A DNA stretch of 64,000 nt. It comes from Nibricoccus sp. GTDB taxonomy: Bacteria; Verrucomicrobiota; Verrucomicrobiia; Opitutales; Opitutaceae. The DNA is taken from contig JASGHG010000001.1 in assembly GCA_047602425.1 (NCBI GenBank), positions 4,672,001 to 4,736,000 of the forward strand. The letters are read 5' to 3'. The notes below the pieces were generated by a model that was not told where the DNA came from, ran no database searches, and was given only the letters and a program-made list of their open reading frames with translations. The translations under genes and the position numbers were made by a program. This document shows positions 1-8,644 of this stretch, piece after piece (within the stretch, counting starts at the first letter, position 1; every line of letters starts with the position of its first letter).

Positions 1-1297
1 ACCGGAAAGAAACGACCGTATCGGCCAGGTACGTGAGATCGATGGGCGATTGCACATAGCCGACGATTCCCTGCTGGGCGAGGACCATCAAAGTTAGGAC
101 GCCCTGTTGGTTGAGGAACGCGAGCAATTCATGCAGTTGCAACACGAGGTAGCGTTCATCGGGCATGGCGTGAACCAAGCCATTGAGACTGTCGATGATC
201 ACCATGCGCACGCCGTCCTTTTGGACCCGGTCCTTGATGATACAAGAAAGTTCGCCTGGCGAAATCTCCGCGGGATCGATCTGGTGCACGCTCATTCTTT
301 TGTCCTCGACCATCGACTCGATCGGCAGGCCAAGACCCTTGGCGCGTTCGAAAAGAATGTGCAGCACCTCATCGAACGTAAAATAGAGGACGCGCTCGTT
401 GCGCTCCGCCGCGGCGATGGCGAAGCGAATGGCCACCGACGATTTGCCGGTGCCGGCGGGGCCCATAAAAATGGTGCTCGTGCCGCGGTCGAGACCTCCG
501 CCGAGAAGGCGATCCAAATTTTCGATTCCTGAGGAAATACGCTGATCCTCAAACGGCGTGTGATGCTCGGACGCGACCAGACGCGGGAAAACAATCATGC
601 CGCCGGTTTTTAGGAGGACATCATGGTTGCCCTCGCGGAAATTGACGCCGCGGATTTTTTCGATGCGAAGCAGGCGCCGGGTGATGCCGTAACTGGGGGC
701 GTTTTTCAGGAGAAGCACCACGCCGTGGGCGATACTGGCGACCTGTTCGTCCACGATTCCATCGCTACTATGATCGTCGAGCATCAAAGCCGTGCACTTC
801 CGACCGGAGAAGAATTGCTTGAGGTGCAAAATCTGCCGGCGATAACGCAGAGCGGTTTCCGAAAGAAGCCGGAGTTCCGACAACGAATCGAACACCACAC
901 GATCCGGCTGCACGCGTTCGACCTCGGAAAGAAGCAGTTTGGTGGTTTGATGAAGTTCGACTTCGGAAGGACTGAAAAAAGTATTGTCGGCCGCCTCCTT
1001 GATCTGGGCTTCCAGCGCCGAAAGCTCAAATATAGTGATGCCCGCCAAATTCCAGCCGTGGGAATTGGCGACCTCGTCGAGTTCGGTTCTCGTCTCGGAG
1101 AGTGTGACATAGAGGACGCGTTCGCCGAGTCGGTGGCCTTCGAGCAAAAATTGAAGGCCGAGGGTGGTTTTACCGACTCCCGGATCGCCAAGGATCAGAT
1201 AAAGACGGTTGCGGGGAAACCCGCCGCCGAGAATGTCGTCGAGGCCTGCGATTCCTGTTTTGCAACGATTATGATCGGGTTCGGTGGTTGTGCGCAT
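1..1297 (-). CDS. KaiC-like double RecA-domain ATPase (partial, runs off the left edge)
   Basis: Absent from the ORF track because it has no stop in the window. My translation from ATG 1297 gives MRTTTEPDHNRCKTGIAGLDDILGGGFPRNRLYLILGDPGVGKTT. In the same frame, a second domain reads ISSGIENLDRLLGGGLDRGTSTIFMGPAGTGKSS...VIIDSLNG...DLTYLADTVV. Confidence 0.88.
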   Translation of the reverse strand, partial: MRTTTEPDHNRCKTGIAGLDDILGGGFPRNRLYLILGDPGVGKTTLGLQFLLEGHRLGERVLYVTLSETRTELDEVANSHGWNLAGITIFELSALEAQIKEAADNTFFSPSEVELHQTTKLLLSEVERVQPDRVVFDSLSELRLLSETALRYRRQILHLKQFFSGRKCTALMLDDHSSDGIVDEQVASIAHGVVLLLKNAPSYGITRRLLRIEKIRGVNFREGNHDVLLKTGGMIVFPRLVASEHHTPFEDQRISSGIENLDRLLGGGLDRGTSTIFMGPAGTGKSSVAIRFAIAAAERNERVLYFTFDEVLHILFERAKGLGLPIESMVEDKRMSVHQIDPAEISPGELSCIIKDRVQKDGVRMVIIDSLNGLVHAMPDERYLVLQLHELLAFLNQQGVLTLMVLAQQGIVGYVQSPIDLTYLADTVVSFR

Positions 1298-1732
1298 GAG
1301 GGGAAGTGAAAATGAAACGATGCATTTTGAACGCTGGCCAAGGCAGCGGCCGTCCAGCGCCTGTGATGCAAGTATATGCCGACCGTGTAAGTAGCACGAG
1401 GATGCCCCTAAATCGAATTTCCGCAGTAGAAAAATTCCTAGGACTGGCACCGGAGAATCTCCCATGAGCCCCTTGGGGCGCGCGCTGACGCGATTGCGAG
1501 GCAGGGAAGAGCGAGGTTTTTTAACCGGAGACGGATATCGCGTGGGGCTGGAGCGTGCTTCGTCGAGTATTGTCGAAGTGGTGAATCTTCGCTGCCTCAG
1601 GATGACCAGCGTGGTATGAACAGAATTGCTGTTTTGGCGCGTCCGCCGTGTTCGAAAAATCTGCAACGATGACGGACGTCTCGGAGAGACTTTCCGACCG
1701 TCGATCCAATGCTCACACCTTGCAACTCGGAA

Positions 1733-2941
1733 CTACTCGTAGCGCAAAGCGTCGATCGGATCGAGTTGAGAGGCTTTGAGCGCGGGGTAGAAACCGGAAA
1801 CGATGCCGACAAAGGCGCTACCGCCAACGGCGATGCCCATCCACAAGGACGAAAGCTCGGAGGGCCAGCCCATTTTCCAGGAAACGAATTCCGAGGCACC
1901 GGCGCCCAGCGCGATGCCGATCAGGCCACCGGCCAGGCTCAACACCACGGCCTCGGTCAGGAATTGCAGGAGCACGTCCTTGCCGTGCGCGCCGACCGCG
2001 AGGCGAATGCCAATCTCGCGGGTGCGTTCTGTGACGGAGACGAGCATGATGTTCATGATGCCGATGCCGCCCACGATGAGTGAAACCAATGCCACACCGC
2101 CAAGAAGCGAAGTCATGGTTTTGCTTTGCGCGGTGAAAAGCTCGGCGATTTCAAGCTGGTTGCGAATCGTGTAGTCGGGCTCGCGGCCCTGACGGCGCTG
2201 CTGCAAAAGGTCGCCGATGTCGCGCTGCACGCGTTCCATCGTTTCGGGCGAAGGCGCCTGCACGATGATATTGCTGATGCGATCTCTCTTCGAAATGCGC
2301 TTCATCGAAGTGGTGTACGGCACGACGATGAGATCGTCCTGATCGGCACCATTGGAATTGAAACCCTTGGCGATGAGAACGCCGACCACGCGCAGTGGAA
2401 TATTGCGGGCGCGGATGGCCTGACCGATGGGATCCATGCCAGCGAAAAGTTGGTCGGCCACGGTTTTTCCGATGACGCAGACTTTGGCGGAATTGCGCAC
2501 ATCGGTTTCGGTGAAGAATTCGCCCTCCGCGAGTTTCCAGGCGCGGATCGAGGGAAAGTCGGGCGATTCGCCGAGCACCTGGGTGTTCCAATTCAGGCCA
2601 TTGGCCATGACTTGCTGACGATCGCGAATTTCGGGACTAACGCCCACTGCTCCGACCACCTCACGCTTGATCGCTTCGGCATCTTCCACCGTAAGAGAGC
2701 TGGCAGAACCCCAACCACCCCGCATGCCACCCGAGGTGAGACTACCGGGGAAAATCGTGATCATGTTTTGCCCGAGTCCGGCGATGGACGTCTCGATCTG
2801 CCGCTTGGCGCCGTTGCCCATGCTGACCATCGTGATGACCGCGCCAATACCGATGATCATGCCGAGGGCAGCGAGGATCGTGCGCAGCTTGTTACGGCGC
2901 AGGGCGCGGAAGGCGATGATGATGGTGGTGAGGAAACGCAT
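1733..2941 (-). CDS. MacB-like ABC transporter permease (FtsX family)
   Basis: N-terminal RNKLRTILAALGMIIGIGAV and C-terminal GGIGIMNIMLVSVTERTREIGIRLAVGA...LDPIDALRYE are typical MacB/FtsX motifs. Confidence 0.92.
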   Translation of the reverse strand: MRFLTTIIIAFRALRRNKLRTILAALGMIIGIGAVITMVSMGNGAKRQIETSIAGLGQNMITIFPGSLTSGGMRGGWGSASSLTVEDAEAIKREVVGAVGVSPEIRDRQQVMANGLNWNTQVLGESPDFPSIRAWKLAEGEFFTETDVRNSAKVCVIGKTVADQLFAGMDPIGQAIRARNIPLRVVGVLIAKGFNSNGADQDDLIVVPYTTSMKRISKRDRISNIIVQAPSPETMERVQRDIGDLLQQRRQGREPDYTIRNQLEIAELFTAQSKTMTSLLGGVALVSLIVGGIGIMNIMLVSVTERTREIGIRLAVGAHGKDVLLQFLTEAVVLSLAGGLIGIALGAGASEFVSWKMGWPSELSSLWMGIAVGGSAFVGIVSGFYPALKASQLDPIDALRYE

Positions 2942-2950
2942 TTTCGGGAG

Positions 2951-2995
2951 CGGAGGGCGGATGCCGGAGGTCGGAAGCCAGATGTCGGAGGTCGG
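2951..2995. repeat. Degenerate heptamer tandem repeat (about 6 units)
   Basis: cggaggg-cggatgc-cggaggt-cggaagc-cagatgt-cggaggt-cgg in the permease/ATPase intergenic gap. Confidence 0.6.
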
Positions 2996-3046
2996 GGGGG
3001 GGAGAAAGATAAAGAGAACGAGAAAGAGGGAAGAGGGCGGCGATGT

Positions 3047-3814
3047 TTAGTTAGAGACGAGTTTGGCGGCGGCTTCGGCTTCGTTGAGCTTGCGCATTTC
3101 TTCGGTGGCCATGAGGCGGTCCTTGACGATGACATCGCTCACAAGGCGGCCGTCGCGGAGGATGAGGTTGCGTTTGCAGTAATGCGCGATGTCGAGCTCG
3201 TGCGTGACCATGAGGATGGTGATGCCTTGCTCGTTGAGCTTTTGGAAAACGCCCATGACCTCGACGGAGGTTTTGCTATCGAGATTGCCGGTGGGCTCGT
3301 CGGCGAGGAGCACCTGGGGATTGTTGACAAGGCCGCGGGCGATGGCGACGCGCTGCTGCTGGCCGCCGGAAAGCTGGCTCGGCAAATGGTCAGCGCGATT
3401 GGCGAGTCCGACAATTTCGAGGGCTTTCAAGGCACGCTCGCGCATAACTTTGGAAGGTATGCGCTGGTTGCTGTAAAGCATCGGGAGTTCGACATTCTCA
3501 AGCGCGGTGGTGCGGGCGAGGAGATTGAAACCCTGGAAAACAAAACCTAGCTTCTGGTTGCGGATGTCGGCGCGGTCGTTGCGATCGAGGTTGGAGACAT
3601 CCACGCCGTCGAGCAGGTAGTGGCCGCGGGTGGGACGATCGAGGCAGCCCAGGATATTCATGAGCGTGGACTTGCCGGAACCGGAAGCGCCCATGAGCGC
3701 GACAAATTCGCCTTTCTGAATATCGATGCTCACGCCACGCACGGCGTGGACCTCGATCTCGGAGCTGTTGCCGTAGATCTTGTGGATTTCCTCTAGTTTA
3801 ACAACGGGCTGCAT
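3047..3814 (-). CDS. ABC transporter ATP-binding protein (LolD/MacB-like)
   Basis: Walker A GASGSGKS, signature LSGGQQQRV, Walker [12 protein letters not shown]. Confidence 0.95.
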   Translation of the reverse strand: MQPVVKLEEIHKIYGNSSEIEVHAVRGVSIDIQKGEFVALMGASGSGKSTLMNILGCLDRPTRGHYLLDGVDVSNLDRNDRADIRNQKLGFVFQGFNLLARTTALENVELPMLYSNQRIPSKVMRERALKALEIVGLANRADHLPSQLSGGQQQRVAIARGLVNNPQVLLADEPTGNLDSKTSVEVMGVFQKLNEQGITILMVTHELDIAHYCKRNLILRDGRLVSDVIVKDRLMATEEMRKLNEAEAAAKLVSN

Positions 3815-3888
3815 GGAAAGGCGGAGGAGGAATGCAGTGGAAGAAGCGGAAGGTGACGTCTGGTTGAAGCGGCTCGGTAATTGACCTC

Positions 3889-5358
3889 TTAAAAACGGCG
3901 TCCACCGCCGCCGGGGCCGGCCTGGCCGCCGAAGGGATTGCGAGCCTGCTGCGGTTGCGCGCTGGCCGCATTGTCGCCGGGCAGATAAACGCTGGAAACG
4001 ATGACATCGCCCTCCTTGAGGCCGTCGATAATCTCGGTGCTGGCGCCGTCGGTGATGCCAAACTTGGCGGAAACGGGCTCCACTTTTAGATCTGGCAGCG
4101 GGTTGGCGAGACGATAGACCGTGCGGGTGGTGACGGTATTTTCGCCGCTGCGATTGCGACCGCCGGATGTAAAGCGTTCGGGCAATTCGATGCCGCGTTC
4201 AGCGGCGAGCTTGATGATTTTCTCGCGATCTGCGGCCGACATATCGCGGCCGAACGTGACTCCCGCTTCCTGGGCGAGTTGGCGGAGCTGAGCGAACTGA
4301 CTGCGACCGTCGCCGCCGCCTCCCTGGCCCCGCTGGCGTTCGCCTTGCGAAGAAGTCGTGGGCGTGCCGCCGGAAGAGGAGGACGAATTGTTGGCGGTGG
4401 CGGGCGTCTCGGGTTTGGCCGGCAGGAATTTCTCGGGAATGCGAGCGCGAAGAGCGGCGTTGGCGATCTTCAATACGCCGGTGCGTTTGGCGATGATGAC
4501 GGAAACGTTGGCGGTCATGCCGGGCTTAAGGCGCTGGCTCTCGTTGTTGACCTCGATAATGGTGCTGTAGACGACGACGGACTGGGAGGTTTTCGGGAGA
4601 TTGCGGATTTGGGCAACGCGGCCGTTGAAGGTGCGGCCGGGATAGGCATCGACGGAGAAGGTGACATCCTGATCGATCGCGACGCTGCCAATGTCAGCCT
4701 CGGCGACGTCGGCGCTGATCTGCATTTTGGACAAATCGGTGACGAGGGTGAAGAGCGTCGGCGCATTGAGGCTGGCGGCGACGGTTTTGCCGACGTCACA
4801 TTGGCGATCGAGCACGATGCCATCGATCGGAGCGTAGATGGTGCAGCGATCGAGATTCACTCGCGCGTCCTCGACGGTGGCTTTGGCGGTGAGCAATGCG
4901 GCGTTGGATTGGGAAAGCTGGGCCTCGGATTGGTCGAGCTCTTGTTGCGAAACGAGATTTTCGGAACGGAGCTTGCGAGTGCGATCAGCGTTGAGCCGCG
5001 CAAGAGTGTTGCTGGCGGTGACGGAGGCGAGATTGGCTTCGGCCTGACGCAGGCGCGATTCGTAAGTCGCGGGATCGATGCGGGCAAGGACGTCGCCTTT
5101 TTTCACGGGCTGATTGTAGTCGACATTGAGCTCTTTGATCTGACCGGAAATTTGCGAGCTGACATCGACACTGGTGGGCGCCTGGAGCACGCCGGTGGCG
5201 GTCACGCTTTGAATGACGTCGCCTTTGCTGATGGCGATCGTCACGACCTCGGGTGGCTTCGCGGAATTTTTGCCGATAAAAACGTATGCGCCCGCGCCAA
5301 CGGCGATTACAACCAAGCCTAAAACAATGAGTCCACCGAAGCTGCGTTTCTTTGCCAT
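3889..5358 (-). CDS. Efflux periplasmic adaptor subunit (MacA/HlyD family)
   Basis: Probable start MAKKRSFGG followed by a TM anchor; VDVSSQISGQI...VKKGDVLARID and IYAPIDGIV lipoyl-like motifs; lies upstream of the ABC genes. Confidence 0.9.
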   Translation of the reverse strand: MAKKRSFGGLIVLGLVVIAVGAGAYVFIGKNSAKPPEVVTIAISKGDVIQSVTATGVLQAPTSVDVSSQISGQIKELNVDYNQPVKKGDVLARIDPATYESRLRQAEANLASVTASNTLARLNADRTRKLRSENLVSQQELDQSEAQLSQSNAALLTAKATVEDARVNLDRCTIYAPIDGIVLDRQCDVGKTVAASLNAPTLFTLVTDLSKMQISADVAEADIGSVAIDQDVTFSVDAYPGRTFNGRVAQIRNLPKTSQSVVVYSTIIEVNNESQRLKPGMTANVSVIIAKRTGVLKIANAALRARIPEKFLPAKPETPATANNSSSSSGGTPTTSSQGERQRGQGGGGDGRSQFAQLRQLAQEAGVTFGRDMSAADREKIIKLAAERGIELPERFTSGGRNRSGENTVTTRTVYRLANPLPDLKVEPVSAKFGITDGASTEIIDGLKEGDVIVSSVYLPGDNAASAQPQQARNPFGGQAGPGGGGRRF

Positions 5359-5560
5359 AAAGTGATTAGAGAAGAAGGAAAATAAGTTTATTCGAGCTTC
5401 GCAATCCGCACTTAACGTATCACATGGAGAGAAGATTGGGAACGAAGCCAGTGGTTGGCAGAGACGCTTTTCATTTCCGCAGGTAACGCGGACAGGTGTG
5501 TTTTTCCAAAGAAAAGAAGGTTCGCGCCAGCGACGCGGTTTGCTTTTGCTGCGGGGAAAA

Positions 5561-5974
5561 ATGTCCAGCCTCTTCATCTATCTTTGGGTCGCGATTGGTG
5601 GCGCCTTGGGCAGCGTGACGCGCCTCGGCGCGGTGGAACTGGGTGCACGGCTTTGGGGACACGATTTCCCGTGGGGAACGCTGTTGGTCAATGTGGTCGG
5701 CGCTTTCGTGATTGGTTTTTTCGCGACAGTGACGGATGCGGACGCGGGTGGACGGTGGCCGGTAGGCCTGGCCGGACGCCAATTTTTCATGACGGGCGTG
5801 CTGGGCGGCTTCACCACGTTTTCGGCCTTCAGCTTGCAGACACTTTCGCTCGCGCGGCATGGCGAATGGACTAAGGCCGGCGGCTACGTCGCGGGGTCGG
5901 TTGTGTTGTGTTTAGTTTTCGTGTGGCTCGGGCAACTGACCGCGCTGGCGATCAGTCCGGGGCGAGTGCGGTGA
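5561..5974 (+). CDS. crcB: Fluoride efflux channel CrcB/FluC
   Basis: VAIGGALGSVTR, FPWGTLLVNVVG and GVLGGFTTFSAF motifs; start taken at ATG 5561. Confidence 0.93.
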   Translation: MSSLFIYLWVAIGGALGSVTRLGAVELGARLWGHDFPWGTLLVNVVGAFVIGFFATVTDADAGGRWPVGLAGRQFFMTGVLGGFTTFSAFSLQTLSLARHGEWTKAGGYVAGSVVLCLVFVWLGQLTALAISPGRVR

Positions 5975-6061
5975 AACCGTGGTGGGACTGCGTGCACGAC
6001 GCATCTACGCACTGCGGCCGACGGGAAAACCGAACCGCGATAAAAATACCAACAACGTGGC

Positions 6062-6559
6062 TTAGTGCGCGCCGAGTTGTTTGCCGGTGAAGGCTTTTCT
6101 GAGAGCCTCGGCGACGTTGGGCGGCACGAAATTCGAGACATCGCCGCCGTAACGCGCGACCTGCTTGACGAGGTTGGAACTCGTGTAGCTGTACGACTCG
6201 TTCGGCATGACGAAGATCGTTTCGATTTCGGGTTTCAGATGGCGGTTCATCAGTGCCATGTTGAATTCGAATTCGAAGTCGGACAACGCGCGCAGTCCAC
6301 GGATGATGGCGGTGGCTTTTTGTTGGAGCGCGAAATCGACCAGCAGACCGTCGAAGCTCGTCAATTCGACGTTGGGAAATTGAGCGATGTTGGGGCGCAC
6401 GATTTCGATGCGCTCGGCGGTGCTGAACAGCGGACCTTTGCCGGGGTTGTCGGCGATCGCCACCGTAACAACGTCGAACAGTCGGGCGGCGCGCGAAAGC
6501 ACGTCGAGGTGACCGTAAGTGATCGGATCAAAGGTACCGGGATAAATACAATGGCTCAT
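6062..6559 (-). CDS. coaD: Pantetheine-phosphate adenylyltransferase
   Basis: IYPGTFDPITYGHLD, IIRGLRALSDFEFEF and SSNLVKQVA motifs. Confidence 0.96.
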   Translation of the reverse strand: MSHCIYPGTFDPITYGHLDVLSRAARLFDVVTVAIADNPGKGPLFSTAERIEIVRPNIAQFPNVELTSFDGLLVDFALQQKATAIIRGLRALSDFEFEFNMALMNRHLKPEIETIFVMPNESYSYTSSNLVKQVARYGGDVSNFVPPNVAEALRKAFTGKQLGAH

Positions 6560-6686
6560 CAGAGGTGAAAGGATACTTGCTCGCCGGCGTAATCTTGTTC
6601 GAGATCACACGTCTAGTGAGAAGCTGCCTTCGAACCTTCACCATTCGCTGCGCGAAGACGAGGAAGTTTTCGCGCACCACCACCGT

Positions 6687-7304
6687 ATGAATCTGCCCAA
6701 CCTCATCACGCTGTCCCGCGTTCCCACGATGTTCATCATTGTGGCCCTGATGTATTGCAATTGGTCGGGCGCGGCGACGCTGGCGTTTGTGCTCTTCATC
6801 CTCTCGGCGATCGGCGACTGGCTGGATGGTTATCTCGCGCGAAAGCGGAACATCGTTTCGGTTTTCGGCAAGTACATGGACGCGCTGACCGACAAGGTTT
6901 TTGTGGTTGGCATCATGGTTGCGTTCGTAGAGCGACTCGCGGCGAAAGAACCGCACGGTTACGGCTCGGTGATTTTTCTGATCATGGTGCTGCTGACGTT
7001 GTGCCGCGAATTTCTCATCAGTGGCATGCGCATGATCGCGGCGACCAAAGGCGTGGTGGTAGCGGCCGAAAAAGGCGGAAAGATCAAAACCGTGCTGCAA
7101 TTCGTGGCGCTCGCGATTCTCCTGCTGGTGCCCACGGTGGAAAAAGACGCGGCGCAATTCCTGCCGGAAAGTGTCCTGAGCTACACCGGCTATCTGCACA
7201 AGCTGGGCATGGGAGTTTTCATTGTTGCGACCCTGCTGGCGGTGAGCTCCGGGGTGAGCTACGCGAGCAAGTACCGGCGCATGTTTGACGACGCCAACCA
7301 ATGA
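6687..7304 (+). CDS. pgsA: CDP-diacylglycerol--glycerol-3-phosphate 3-phosphatidyltransferase
   Basis: MNLPNLITLSR and the CDP-alcohol phosphotransferase motif DWLDGYLAR...FGKYMDALTDK. Confidence 0.92.
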   Translation: MNLPNLITLSRVPTMFIIVALMYCNWSGAATLAFVLFILSAIGDWLDGYLARKRNIVSVFGKYMDALTDKVFVVGIMVAFVERLAAKEPHGYGSVIFLIMVLLTLCREFLISGMRMIAATKGVVVAAEKGGKIKTVLQFVALAILLLVPTVEKDAAQFLPESVLSYTGYLHKLGMGVFIVATLLAVSSGVSYASKYRRMFDDANQ

Positions 7305-7834
7305 GACTGCGACAGCCCATCTGGTCGCGCTTCCTGCCGACAAAAATCATTCTCGCGGTCGCTCGCGTTGGTCCCTTTGGCCGGATGCGAAAAGCGCCGG
7401 GCACGTGGGGTTCGGTCGCGGGATTGCTATATCAACTGCTGATTTTCCACCACCTGAGCATCGTCGCGACGGTTGTACTCAGCCTTGTCGGCATCTGGCT
7501 GGCCGTCGGCATCTGCGGCGAAGCGGAATTTCGCCTCGGCAAACGCGATCCAGGCGAAGTGGTGCTCGACGAATTTGTGGTCATCCCCCTATGCTTCATC
7601 GGCTGGACGCATGTCGCGGCGGTGCTGCCGGGTTGGGCGACGCCGTGGAGCGTTTACCTGGCGGGCTTCGCATTATTCCGGATCTTCGACATCGCAAAAC
7701 CATTTGGAATCGCCAAATTGCAGGACTTTGAAGGAGGGTGGGGCGTCGTTTTCGACGACGTGGCGGCGGCGCTGGCTTCGTGCGCCGTCATGCATGTGGC
7801 CGCGGCGGGTTGGCTGTATTTCCATCACGGCTGA
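7301..7834 (+). CDS. pgpA: Phosphatidylglycerophosphatase A
   Basis: KAPGTWGS, DPGEVVLDE, LFRIFDIAKP and GVVFDDVAA motifs; overlaps the pgsA stop. Confidence 0.93.
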   Translation: MRLRQPIWSRFLPTKIILAVARVGPFGRMRKAPGTWGSVAGLLYQLLIFHHLSIVATVVLSLVGIWLAVGICGEAEFRLGKRDPGEVVLDEFVVIPLCFIGWTHVAAVLPGWATPWSVYLAGFALFRIFDIAKPFGIAKLQDFEGGWGVVFDDVAAALASCAVMHVAAAGWLYFHHG

Positions 7835-7867
7835 GGCGGCGGTGCGGAAACGTGCGGGAGAGGAATT

Positions 7868-8497
7868 TTAAGAAAACCACTTCACCGCCAGATCGCCCAG
7901 TTGCCAAAGGCCGAAGCCCAGGATCAAGGCGCCGGCGACCATATTGATGACATGCAAGGTGCGATGGCCGAGCTTGCGACCGAGCCAGCCCGCGATGCTG
8001 CAAAGAAAAACCCACCACAGCGCGGATCCTAAAAAAATTCCGACCGCCAGTCGCAGGGTTTCGAAATGAGTCTGCTCCGTGCCACTCACATTGAAGGCTG
8101 CCACCACGCCAACAAGGCCGATCAGCGTCAGGGGATTGGATAACGTTAACAGCAGGGTGAAAAGCCAGGCCCAGAAAAGATTTCTCTCGTGCAGCGGGCG
8201 CTTGGCCGCGTTGGGATCCTTGGCGCGAAAGGTGCGCGTTCCGAGCACAACCATGAACAAACCGCCAATCAATTGAAGCGCGCTGCGGTGACTGGTGATC
8301 AACGAAGTGATGGCGGACACGCCGAGGGCCGCGACCAAGCCGCAAAGAAGATCGGCGGTCGCGGCGCCCAGGCCTGAAACGATGCCCGATAAGCGTCCCT
8401 CGTTGAGCGTGCGTCGGATGATGAGCAGCGCAATGGGCCCGACCGGCGCGGCGACGATGAAACCGATTTTGAGGCCTGTATAAAAAAAATCGCTCAT
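7868..8497 (-). CDS. LysE/RhtB family translocator
   Basis: IVAAPVGPIALLIIRRTL...G..SGLGAATAD and LTLSNP motifs; multiple TM helices. Confidence 0.88.
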   Translation of the reverse strand: MSDFFYTGLKIGFIVAAPVGPIALLIIRRTLNEGRLSGIVSGLGAATADLLCGLVAALGVSAITSLITSHRSALQLIGGLFMVVLGTRTFRAKDPNAAKRPLHERNLFWAWLFTLLLTLSNPLTLIGLVGVVAAFNVSGTEQTHFETLRLAVGIFLGSALWWVFLCSIAGWLGRKLGHRTLHVINMVAGALILGFGLWQLGDLAVKWFS

Positions 8498-8571
8498 GCC
8501 TGTGACTGGTCAGCAAGGCTGATTCAGGGTCGCTTTGCAATCGACGAAGTGCACAACTGTTTCGCAGGCAC

Positions 8572-8605
8572 AAAAAAGCCAGCGGCGCGAGCCACTGGCT
8601 TTTTG
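8572..8605. terminator. Intrinsic terminator downstream of greA (potentially bidirectional)
   Basis: aaaaaagccagcgg-cgcgag-ccactggctttttg: hairpin with A/T tracts on both sides. Confidence 0.75.
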
Positions 8606-8644
8606 AAGGGGAAAGTTGAAGGAACGGTTGAAGAACCAATCTGC

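Noticed and set aside
107..1309. Plus-strand ORFs 107-532 and 623-1309
   Set aside because: Antisense shadows of the KaiC-like gene on the minus strand.
5359..5560. Fluoride riboswitch upstream of crcB
   Set aside because: I could not find the conserved GGNGATGG...TGATG core in the leader.
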